Shown here one piece after another: positions 56,116-64,000 of a stretch of DNA of 64,000 nucleotides. Source of the DNA: Blastocatellia bacterium (GTDB taxonomy: Bacteria > Acidobacteriota > Blastocatellia > UBA7656). Positions within the stretch are counted from its first letter, which is position 1. Each line of letters begins with the position of its first letter. Location: the NCBI GenBank assembly GCA_963765495.1, contig CAVXWP010000007.1:64001-128000 (forward strand), in the 5' to 3' direction. Below the pieces are notes generated by a model that did no database searches, was not told the origin of the DNA, and worked only from the letters and a program-made list of their open reading frames with translations. The translations under genes were made by a program, and so were the position numbers.

Positions 56116-58176
56116 ATGAAGCGACAGGCAAAAATAACCCTCCTATTTCTGCTCGTTATTTCCACAATCTCTCTGCCCGTGCTCAAGGCGCAGAAGAAGT
56201 CTATCAATGATACGACGCTTCGCAACGCCGACCAACGCAAAGGCGAGTGGTTGACTCACGGGCGGAATTACGCTGAAACACGCTTCAGCCCGCTCAAGCA
56301 AATCAACGCCGCGAATGTCGCGAGGCTCGGCCTTGCCTGGTCATTTGATACCGAGACCACTCGCGGGCTTGAGGCCACGCCAATCGTTGCCGACGGAACG
56401 CTCTACGCCACGGGAAGCTGGAGTGTGGTCTTTGCTTTAGATGCGCGAACCGGCAGGGAGATTTGGAAATGGGACCCGGAAGTGCCCCGCACCTACGGTC
56501 AGAAGGGCTGCTGCGATGTGGTCAACCGGGGCGTAGCGCTCTATGAAGACAAGGTCTACGTAGGCACATTCGACGGTCGACTTGCCGCGCTTGACCGAAA
56601 GACGGGCAAGGTGATCTGGCAGGCGCAGACGGTTGATCGGGATCAGCCGTACACGATCACGGGCGCGCCGCGCATCGTCAAAGGGAAGGTGATAATAGGC
56701 AACGGCGGGGCCGAGTTCGGCGTGCGCGGGTATGTTTCGGCTTACGATGCGCGGACGGGCAAGCTGGCGTGGCGGTTCTATACCGTGCCGGGAGACCCTT
56801 CGAAGCCCTTCGAATCACCCGAGATGGAGAGCGCGGCAAAGACGTGGAAGGGAGAATGGTGGAAGTACGGCGGAGGCGGGACGGCCTGGGACTCTTTTGC
56901 CTATGATGCGGAGCTTGATCTGCTTTACGTGGGAACAGGAAACGGCTCTCCGTGGAATCAGGAGATTCGCTCACCGGGCGGCGGAGACAATCTCTACCTC
57001 TCATCTATTCTCGCTTTGCGCCCGGACACGGGCAAGCTCGTATGGTATTACCAGACCACGCCAGGCGAGTCGTGGGATTTCACCGCTACGCAACACATGA
57101 TACTGGCCGATTTGAAGATCGGCGGACGCGTGCGCAAGGTGTTAATGCAGGCTCCAAAAAACGGCTTCTTTTATGTGCTTGATAGAAAGACCGGAGAGTT
57201 GATCTCTGCCGAAGCCTATGTGCCTATGACGTGGGCAAAGGGGATTGATAAGAAGACCGGGCGACCCATCGAAGACCCGGCGGCGCGGTATAAAGACGCG
57301 CTTGCGATAATGAAGCCGGGGCCCTTTGGCGGGCATAACTGGCAGCCTATGTCTTACAACCCTGAAACGGGTCTGGTTTACATACCGGCTCAGGACCCGT
57401 TTTTCGCCTACACTCAGGACGCGAAATTTCAATACAGGCCCGGCAGTTGGAACACGGGGGTGGATTTCGGGGTCCTCAAAGACCCGCTACCCTCTATCCC
57501 CACGGGCCATCTGTTAGCCTGGGATCCAGTCGCTCAAAAGGAACGGTGGAGAGTTCAGTACACGAGCATCTGGAACGGCGGCACGCTCACGACGGCGGGC
57601 AATCTGGTTTTTCAGGGGACGGCTGACGGGCGCTTTGTAGCCTACAGCGCCGACAAAGGAGAAAAGCTCTGGGAAGTCGCGGTTGGAACCGGGGTAATCG
57701 CACCGCCCGTCACTTATGAAGTGGACGGCGCGCAGTACGTCTCGGTACTGGCCGGCTGGGGTGGATCGTTTGCGATGGCGGGAGGTACGGCGACGGGAGG
57801 CATCCCTGCGCCCGGCAGGCTTCTGACTTTCCGGCTCGATGGAAAGCAGAAGCTTCCATTTACGATGGCGCAAAAACTCCCCGATGTGAAGACAATCGAA
57901 TTTGAGGCTTCGCCTGAGACTATCACGGCGGGCGCGGTTCTGTTCGCCCAACAATGCGCGACCTGTCACGGGCTGGCCGCGATGAGCGGAGGCGCGACGC
58001 CGGACCTGCGCTACTCTCAAACGGGAATATTCGACAGGTACAAACAGATTGTGCTCGAAGGCTTGTTTGCCGATGCGGGGATGCCTTCTTTCAAAGGGCG
58101 ACTCAGCGCCGAAGAGGTAGATGCGATTCGCGCTTATGTGCTCAAGCGCCGGTCTGAAATCGCTTCCAAAGAGTGA
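56116..58176 (+). CDS. PQQ-dependent quinohemoprotein alcohol dehydrogenase (type II, C-terminal cytochrome c)
   Basis: [35 protein letters not shown] and heme motif CATCH. Confidence 0.93.
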   Translation: MKRQAKITLLFLLVISTISLPVLKAQKKSINDTTLRNADQRKGEWLTHGRNYAETRFSPLKQINAANVARLGLAWSFDTETTRGLEATPIVADGTLYATGSWSVVFALDARTGREIWKWDPEVPRTYGQKGCCDVVNRGVALYEDKVYVGTFDGRLAALDRKTGKVIWQAQTVDRDQPYTITGAPRIVKGKVIIGNGGAEFGVRGYVSAYDARTGKLAWRFYTVPGDPSKPFESPEMESAAKTWKGEWWKYGGGGTAWDSFAYDAELDLLYVGTGNGSPWNQEIRSPGGGDNLYLSSILALRPDTGKLVWYYQTTPGESWDFTATQHMILADLKIGGRVRKVLMQAPKNGFFYVLDRKTGELISAEAYVPMTWAKGIDKKTGRPIEDPAARYKDALAIMKPGPFGGHNWQPMSYNPETGLVYIPAQDPFFAYTQDAKFQYRPGSWNTGVDFGVLKDPLPSIPTGHLLAWDPVAQKERWRVQYTSIWNGGTLTTAGNLVFQGTADGRFVAYSADKGEKLWEVAVGTGVIAPPVTYEVDGAQYVSVLAGWGGSFAMAGGTATGGIPAPGRLLTFRLDGKQKLPFTMAQKLPDVKTIEFEASPETITAGAVLFAQQCATCHGLAAMSGGATPDLRYSQTGIFDRYKQIVLEGLFADAGMPSFKGRLSAEEVDAIRAYVLKRRSEIASKE

Positions 58177-58194
58177 TAAAAGCACCCTTGATAT

Positions 58195-58275
58195 TGAGTT
58201 ATGAGTTATGAATTTTGAGTTTTGAATTTAAGCAAGTCATCTGAATTCAAAACTCAAAACTCAAAACTCATAACT
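58195..58275. repeat. Inverted heptamer arrays TGAGTTW ... AAACTCA
   Basis: Between convergent genes. Confidence 0.9.
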
Positions 58276-58284
58276 TAGTCAGCG

Positions 58285-59175
58285 TCATCGGAGGATGGTT
58301 GACTGGAAGCCCAGGCGCGCCCGGCAGTTTTCGCTGTCGAGTTCGTAAGGAAATCCATCGGGGTCAACGGGTGTCATCCGTTCATCGAGTGAAAGCCCGG
58401 CAGCACTAAACACCCGCGCCAGGGGTCCAAAACTCTGAGGGCAAGAGCCGGTCTGCTCGCGGTATCGCGCAAGAGTTGAATCTATAAAATCCCTTTCATC
58501 GAGTGAGCGTAGTTGTTTCAATCGCTCAATCGCCTGATTGCGGATAAGTTCGTCTTCGCTGTTGAGATAACTCTTATAGACGGCGCGGGCCGCCTCCCGG
58601 CTTCCACCCTGTATCTTCATAAACCCGGCCAGATCGCGCATCCACCACTCGGCACCCGGTATCTGGCTTCCTCGCTCATACCATATTGCCGCATTCTGGT
58701 AATCGCCCGACTGCCAGTAAATGTAGGCAAGGTCTTGATAGAGCCGCCAGTTGTCGGGGTTTGCGCTGATGCCGCGTTCGAGCAGGGCGATGGCGGCGGG
58801 CAGATCGCGTTCGGGCAGAAATATTGCGCCGAAACGATAGGCCGGAAGATGATGCGGATCAAGCGTAACGATTATGTTGAGCATAGGCGCAAGCAGATCC
58901 ATGCGGATATCGGCTGTCGTTCGGGCCGTCTGCTGGTTTTCGATTACCTTGTTGCCGAAGTATTGCACCGCCCTGATCCAGTAAATATCGGCGACCATCG
59001 GATCGAGCCCCAGACTCATCTTTTTGACCGTTTCGCCGGAAGCGAAATAGAGAGTCTCTTCGCCTATCACCTCAGCGGGCGAGGTCGCGTCAATCCACCT
59101 CTGCAAAGGGTAAAGCAATGCCAGAGCGAGAATCAAAACAATTGCCGGTACGACTCTTCTCATGGGCAAAGACAT
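58285..59175 (-). CDS. Membrane-anchored TPR-containing protein
   Basis: ADIYWIRAVQYFG, LDPH and ALLERGI..NPDNWRLY; co-oriented with the ABC permease. Confidence 0.75.
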   Translation of the reverse strand: MSLPMRRVVPAIVLILALALLYPLQRWIDATSPAEVIGEETLYFASGETVKKMSLGLDPMVADIYWIRAVQYFGNKVIENQQTARTTADIRMDLLAPMLNIIVTLDPHHLPAYRFGAIFLPERDLPAAIALLERGISANPDNWRLYQDLAYIYWQSGDYQNAAIWYERGSQIPGAEWWMRDLAGFMKIQGGSREAARAVYKSYLNSEDELIRNQAIERLKQLRSLDERDFIDSTLARYREQTGSCPQSFGPLARVFSAAGLSLDERMTPVDPDGFPYELDSENCRARLGFQSTILR

Positions 59176-59205
59176 AACCAGTTATGTGTAACGCGCTAAT
59201 CGCGC

Positions 59206-60051
59206 TTACTTGAAATTCCTCTTCTGAAATATCAACACCGCAGCCGAAAGCAACAAACCGACATATACCACCGCGTAAATCGTGGATGTCCAGATCATAT
59301 GCAGAGGAACCACCTGCCCGCGTGATGCTCCGGCGAAGCTGAAATTCGACAGGTTCGGAAACAGATAATAAAGCGACCTGAGCACCGCGCGCACGACCAT
59401 CGAATCAGACAACGCGGCAGCCAGCCGCAGGTCGCCGCTGAAATGGCCTATTACATAGACCGCCAGCGAAAACAGCGCGGCCAGCAACGGCGTTGTGAAG
59501 CTTGAAAACATCAAGGCCACGGCGACCACAATCGCAAGCTCCAGATAAATGAGATAAGCGGCCGGAAGCAATGTGAGTTGCAGATTCACAAACCCGCCGT
59601 TCACATAGATGAGGGCAAGCTCTGTGCCTAAGACCATGACGGCCGAATTCACAAGCAACGTCAGACACAAGCCCAGATACTTGCCGATGATAAATTCGTG
59701 GCGATGGACGGGTTTTGACAGCAGGTTGTAGATTGTGCGCCGGTCTATTTCCTTGTAGACCAGCGCCACGCCTATAAAGATGGCGATCAAAGCGCCGAAG
59801 ACCAGCATGGAACTGAGCCCGAGATCGGCGATGAATTTGCTCTCTTCATTGATTGAAAGCTCGCTGACGAAAATCGACGCGCCGACCAGAATGAGAACGA
59901 ATAATATGAGGTTATAGAGTACGCGGTCGCGCACCGATTCTCGAAAAGTATTGCGCGCGATGGTCCGTATCTTCGCAATCGCGCCTGGTCTGTTGCCGGG
60001 GTTTACTTGAGCAATCCCCACATTGCTCATGCCAGTGCTTGCCATATTCAT
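59206..60051 (-). CDS. ABC-2 type permease (myxobacterial PilI-like)
   Basis: IARNTFRESVRDRVLY, KEIDRRTIY.LLSKPV.R.EFIIGKYLG and FQKRNFK. Confidence 0.85.
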   Translation of the reverse strand: MNMASTGMSNVGIAQVNPGNRPGAIAKIRTIARNTFRESVRDRVLYNLILFVLILVGASIFVSELSINEESKFIADLGLSSMLVFGALIAIFIGVALVYKEIDRRTIYNLLSKPVHRHEFIIGKYLGLCLTLLVNSAVMVLGTELALIYVNGGFVNLQLTLLPAAYLIYLELAIVVAVALMFSSFTTPLLAALFSLAVYVIGHFSGDLRLAAALSDSMVVRAVLRSLYYLFPNLSNFSFAGASRGQVVPLHMIWTSTIYAVVYVGLLLSAAVLIFQKRNFK

Positions 60052-60124
60052 CTCTCAGAATAATCCATTATCGCTCAAATTTCCAAAGTTGAAAGAATAA
60101 ACCTCGTCAGGCACTCAATAATCT

Positions 60125-60228
60125 CAGGGCCATTCAGTTTTCCGCATTGTCGCGGCCTATTTCAACTGACCTTTCCTTCAACTCAACATTTATACTATTG
60201 CACGCGGGTCCAGAACTGAATGGCCTGG
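60125..60228. mobile_element. MITE-like element with TIRs (copy 2)
   Basis: CAGGGCCATTCAGTTTT ... AGAACTGAATGGCCTGG. Confidence 0.5.
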
Positions 60229-60289
60229 TGCGTAGGCCTCCCTGATTGGTGTAGAATGAATTTGGAGTTTTGGCTGTAGCGCCGAATCA

Positions 60290-62065
60290 GTGGAGGGAAA
60301 AGATATCAGCAACATAGAAGGAAACATCCAGGGACTAAAGGCCAATCAAGTTCACCGCCTCGAAAAGCTCTATCAGAGGCGCATCCCGCCGCGAGAGATC
60401 GTAACTCAGGAATTCGCGCGCCAGATGTCGGAATTGTCGCACGAGATCAACCGTCAGATAGGTGTGCTCGTAAATCGGAAGGGCTACGTTGAGTATGTCA
60501 TCGTGGGCAACGCTCGCGGAATCGTCCTGCCTGATCTGAAGCGCGTTCGCGTAAGCGCAGAGCGTTTTCGCGGGTTGCGATGTCTGCACACGCATCTTGC
60601 GGGCGAAGAGTTGACGCAAGATGATCTGACCGACCTTGCCTTGCTCAGGCTCGATTTGATGGCGGCAATCAATGTTCGAAGCGACGGGTTGCCCGGCCTT
60701 GTCCGAGCCGCGCATCTGCTGCCGGCTCACACGGACGGACAAAGCGGCGAAGACGGAAACCTACCCTACCTTGAAACGGATTCTGATTCGGATTCGCCCG
60801 AGGTATGGGGATTTCTCGAGCCGCGTGTGCCAAGCCAGCTTGATGTGGATTTTCTTGATTTGATCGCTTCGCTCGAAGAGGAGCTTGCGCGAGTCCGCCA
60901 CGTCCGCTCTCCTCGCGACAATCGCGACCGGGCCATCCTTGTCGGCGTGACTACCGAAAGCGTAGCCGCCGCGCAGGAATCGCTTGAAGAGTTGAGAGAG
61001 CTTGCGCGCTCGGCCGGTGTAGTCGTGCTTGACCGCTTTGTGCAGAGGCGACCGAAACTCGATCCGCGCTCGCTCGTGGGAAAGGGCAAGCTCGAAGAGT
61101 TGATCATCCGCAGCCTGCAACTTGGCGCTGACGTTATCATATTCGATCAGAACCTTTCGCCCGCGCAGGTGCGCGCAATAAATCAGGCTACGGATTTGAA
61201 GATCGTAGACCGCACGCAGCTTATACTCGACATCTTTGCCCAGCGCGCCCAGAGCCGCGAGGGAAAGATTCAGGTCGAGCTTGCGCAGTTGAAATATATG
61301 TTGCCTCGCCTCACGGGATCGGGCACGGAGATGTCACGGCTGATGGGCGGAATCGGCGGGCGCGGACCCGGCGAGACAAAGCTCGAAGTTGATCGCCGCC
61401 GCGTGCGTGACCGTATCAACCTGCTGGAAAAACAGATCGAGCAAATACGCACAAGCCGCCGCGTGCAGCGCGCCCGCCGCGAACGGCGTGATGTGCCTAT
61501 TATCTCGATAGTCGGTTACACAAACGCGGGCAAATCGACTCTGCTGAACGCGCTCACCGAGTCTTCTGTCACGGCAGAAGACCGCATGTTTGCCACGCTC
61601 GATCCGACGAGCCGCCGTCTCAGGCTGCCGCGCGACCAGGAAGTGATAATCAACGACACGGTCGGATTTATAAGAGACTTGCCGCCCGATTTGATAACGG
61701 CCTTTCGCGCCACGCTCGAAGAGATGGAAGGCTCGGACCTGCTCCTGCATCTGGTAGACGCGAGTAGCTCTCAGCTTGACTCTCACATAGCCTCCGTCAG
61801 GCAATTGCTTGAAGAGTTGAATTTGTCAGAGATACCGAGGCTTCTCGTCTTCAACAAGGCCGATTTACTCGATGAGGGCGAGCTTGAAAATCTTGAACGC
61901 GCTTATGAAGCGGTGATGGTTTCGGCGCTTGATCGCCGGACGCTACCGCCTATGCTTGAGCGCATAGGCGGCATGCTCGACAGCAGCGATACTGCGCGGG
62001 CTTCGCTTTACACGCGAAAAGAACAGGACGCGGATAAAAAGGTGCCATTGCCCGCCATCGAGTAG
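60290..62065 (+). CDS. hflX: GTPase HflX (long form with N-terminal extension)
   Basis: LILDIFAQRA, GGRGPGETKLEVDRR, GYTNAGKST, FATLDPT, DTVGFI and NKAD. Confidence 0.95.
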   Translation: MEGKDISNIEGNIQGLKANQVHRLEKLYQRRIPPREIVTQEFARQMSELSHEINRQIGVLVNRKGYVEYVIVGNARGIVLPDLKRVRVSAERFRGLRCLHTHLAGEELTQDDLTDLALLRLDLMAAINVRSDGLPGLVRAAHLLPAHTDGQSGEDGNLPYLETDSDSDSPEVWGFLEPRVPSQLDVDFLDLIASLEEELARVRHVRSPRDNRDRAILVGVTTESVAAAQESLEELRELARSAGVVVLDRFVQRRPKLDPRSLVGKGKLEELIIRSLQLGADVIIFDQNLSPAQVRAINQATDLKIVDRTQLILDIFAQRAQSREGKIQVELAQLKYMLPRLTGSGTEMSRLMGGIGGRGPGETKLEVDRRRVRDRINLLEKQIEQIRTSRRVQRARRERRDVPIISIVGYTNAGKSTLLNALTESSVTAEDRMFATLDPTSRRLRLPRDQEVIINDTVGFIRDLPPDLITAFRATLEEMEGSDLLLHLVDASSSQLDSHIASVRQLLEELNLSEIPRLLVFNKADLLDEGELENLERAYEAVMVSALDRRTLPPMLERIGGMLDSSDTARASLYTRKEQDADKKVPLPAIE

Positions 62066-62140
62066 GTCGCTCGATTTCAAAATTGATGGATGGCAGGCGC
62101 TAGGATGATATTGATTTATTTCGACACGGGGGAGGAAAGG

Positions 62141-62809
62141 ATGAACGATTTTTACGATAAGCAGGGAACCGACCTGCGCGACCAATTTCAACAGGAATAT
62201 GTATCTCAGCAAGCCGCGATGGAGCACAAACGCAAATCGCGCTCTATGATCTGGATAGGGGTCGCGGCGGCCTTGGTACTGCTGATGTTGATAATCGGCG
62301 GGACGGCTGTAGGCACATATAATTCGCTGACGACCAAACACGAAAAAATAGCGCAGGATCGATCCGACATCGAAACATTGCTGCAACGCCGTGCCGACCT
62401 GATTCCGAATCTGGTGAATACGGTTAAAGGATACGCGGCGCACGAAGATAAGATTTTTGGCGAGATAGCCGAGGCGCGCGCGAGGCTTGTCGGCGCTGGT
62501 ACGCTCGACGAAAAACTGGCCGCCAATCAACAATTGTCAAATGCCATCAGAGGGCTGACCGTGGTCGTAGAGAATTATCCTAATCTGAAAGCCAACGAAC
62601 AGTTTCTTGAGCTTCAGAAACAGCTTGAAGGAACCGAGAATCGCATCAGCGTCGCCCGGCAGGATTACAATGAGACTGTGACAGTTTATAACACTTCGCG
62701 GCAGCAGTTCCCAACCGTCATAATGGCGAATCTGTTCGGATTTCAGCGAGAAGAGCCTTTCAAGGCGCAGCCGGGTTCAGAGAAAGCATCAGATGTTGAT
62801 TTTAAATAA
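62141..62809 (+). CDS. lemA: LemA family protein
   Basis: QRRADLIPNLVNTVKGYAAHE, ENYPNLKA and GTENRISVAR; GGAGG RBS. Confidence 0.93.
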   Translation: MNDFYDKQGTDLRDQFQQEYVSQQAAMEHKRKSRSMIWIGVAAALVLLMLIIGGTAVGTYNSLTTKHEKIAQDRSDIETLLQRRADLIPNLVNTVKGYAAHEDKIFGEIAEARARLVGAGTLDEKLAANQQLSNAIRGLTVVVENYPNLKANEQFLELQKQLEGTENRISVARQDYNETVTVYNTSRQQFPTVIMANLFGFQREEPFKAQPGSEKASDVDFK

Positions 62810-62937
62810 TGTCTGCGCGTGACGAGATGATTTCAATCGCGTTTAATCCTTACGGGTTTAACTGACACAACCGGAGCGGCGGCCTCAACGGGTCGCCGCT
62901 TTGTTATAACCGGCCAACATCCACAGAAAGGAAGACT

Positions 62938-63708
62938 ATGACTGTCAGAGTCGAAAAGAACGGCCCCGTAACGACCGTCATCCTGAGCCGCCCCGAAGTG
63001 CGAAACGCCGTTGACCGCCAGACGGCCGAAGCTCTGGTCGATGCCTTCCGCGCATTCGACGCCGATGATGAATCCTCGGTCGGAGTCTTTTATGGCGACA
63101 ACGGTACGTTTTGCGCCGGAGCTGATTTGAAGGCAATTGCCGAAGGCCGGGGCAATCGAACCGCAATCACAGGCGATGGCCCGATGGGGCCTACGAGGTT
63201 GATGCTTCAAAAGCCGGTCATAGCCGCGATTTCCGGTTATGCCGTCGCCGGGGGGCTGGAACTGGCGCTCTGGTGCGACCTGCGAGTGGTGGAAGAGAGC
63301 GCCGTCCTGGGGGTGTTTTGTCGCAGGTGGGGAGTGCCCCTGATAGATGGAGGCACGATTCGATTGCCGCGTTTGATCGGCCTCAGCCGGGCGCTCGATA
63401 TTATCCTCACAGGCCGCCCGGTTGATGCAAAAGAAGCCTTGAGCATGGGGCTTGCGAATCGCGTAGTGGAGGATGGAACAGCGCGTCAGGCTGCCGAAAG
63501 GCTCGCCCTTGAAATCGCCCGGTTCCCACAGGTGTGCATGCAAAATGATCGAATGTCTGCTTACGAACAATTTGATCTGAGTTTTGATCAAGCGATTGCA
63601 AACGAGTTCACTCATGGTCTTGCCTCGCTCGAAGCCGAAGGCCGAACCGGAGCAGGCCGTTTTGCGGGAGGAGCAGGCCGCCACGGCGCTTTTGAGAAAG
63701 GCGAATAA
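62938..63708 (+). CDS. Enoyl-CoA hydratase/isomerase family protein
   Basis: FCAGADLK, KPVIAAISGYAVAGGLELA and RRWGVPLIDGG. Confidence 0.92.
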   Translation: MTVRVEKNGPVTTVILSRPEVRNAVDRQTAEALVDAFRAFDADDESSVGVFYGDNGTFCAGADLKAIAEGRGNRTAITGDGPMGPTRLMLQKPVIAAISGYAVAGGLELALWCDLRVVEESAVLGVFCRRWGVPLIDGGTIRLPRLIGLSRALDIILTGRPVDAKEALSMGLANRVVEDGTARQAAERLALEIARFPQVCMQNDRMSAYEQFDLSFDQAIANEFTHGLASLEAEGRTGAGRFAGGAGRHGAFEKGE

Positions 63709-63786
63709 ACGAGCAAGGGGAAAATATATTTACACCGGCAACTTTATCTTGACTTCCTTTATGCGAAGGCGTATTAGTGAAGCATT

Positions 63787-64000
63787 ATGGATGACGAAGA
63801 CATAGTAACGAAACCGACTATCGAAACCGTGCTTGATCGCATAAGCGCATTAGGCCAGAGTCTACAGGATTTTCGAGACCACTTCGAACAAAGAATGGAC
63901 GGTCTTGAAAAGAGGATGGAGAGTTTTGAAAAGAGGGGGATAGATGTTGAATATCGCCTTGATCGCATCGAGTCACGGGTAGATCGTACTGTGAGTATGA
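63787..64000 (+). CDS. Coiled-coil hypothetical protein (3' truncated by window edge)
   Basis: MDDEDIVTKPTIETVLDRI...RMDGLEKRMESFEK; frame is open to the window end. Confidence 0.55.
   Translation, partial: MDDEDIVTKPTIETVLDRISALGQSLQDFRDHFEQRMDGLEKRMESFEKRGIDVEYRLDRIESRVDRTVSM

Noticed and set aside
57061-57100. Lanthanide-dependent PQQ dehydrogenase
   Set aside because: The active-site motif is WDFTATQ; the extra Asp (D-x-D) of XoxF/ExaF/PedH is replaced by Thr, consistent with a Ca-dependent type II enzyme.

Overview
Core-chromosome segment of a GC-rich bacterium, most likely Acidobacteriota (Blastocatellia-like). This assignment is inferred from the paired acidobacterial-type VWA genes, VPS10/BNR protein and TamB-Omp85-SurA cluster. 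Most genes are housekeeping: rplU-rpmA-obgE-nadD-rsfS-[sigma54 activator]-rlmH-dksA-like-comF, udg, pdxJ, arginase, asnS, rho, recQ, hemW-ltaE-cmk-ribE-ribBA, hflX and lemA. Accessory genes include two DUF1593 proteins, an orphan LytTR regulator, a two-gene microcompartment unit and a PQQ/heme c dehydrogenase. I saw no rRNA, tRNA, CRISPR array, transposase or phage gene. The most striking unexplained signal is non-coding. About 19 intergenic sites carry short 7-9 bp tandem arrays, mostly as an array plus its inverted copy. The repeat unit differs from site to site while the architecture stays the same, and one sub-family also shares a ~44 bp core. Other candidates are a secreted kinase-like protein, a sigma54-driven sRNA with an anti-SD motif, a sensor-less sigma54 activator inserted between rsfS and rlmH, a CTG start for nadD, a MITE-like TIR pair, a REPIN and attC-like relics. 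All calls come from reading motifs by eye; no database search was run.
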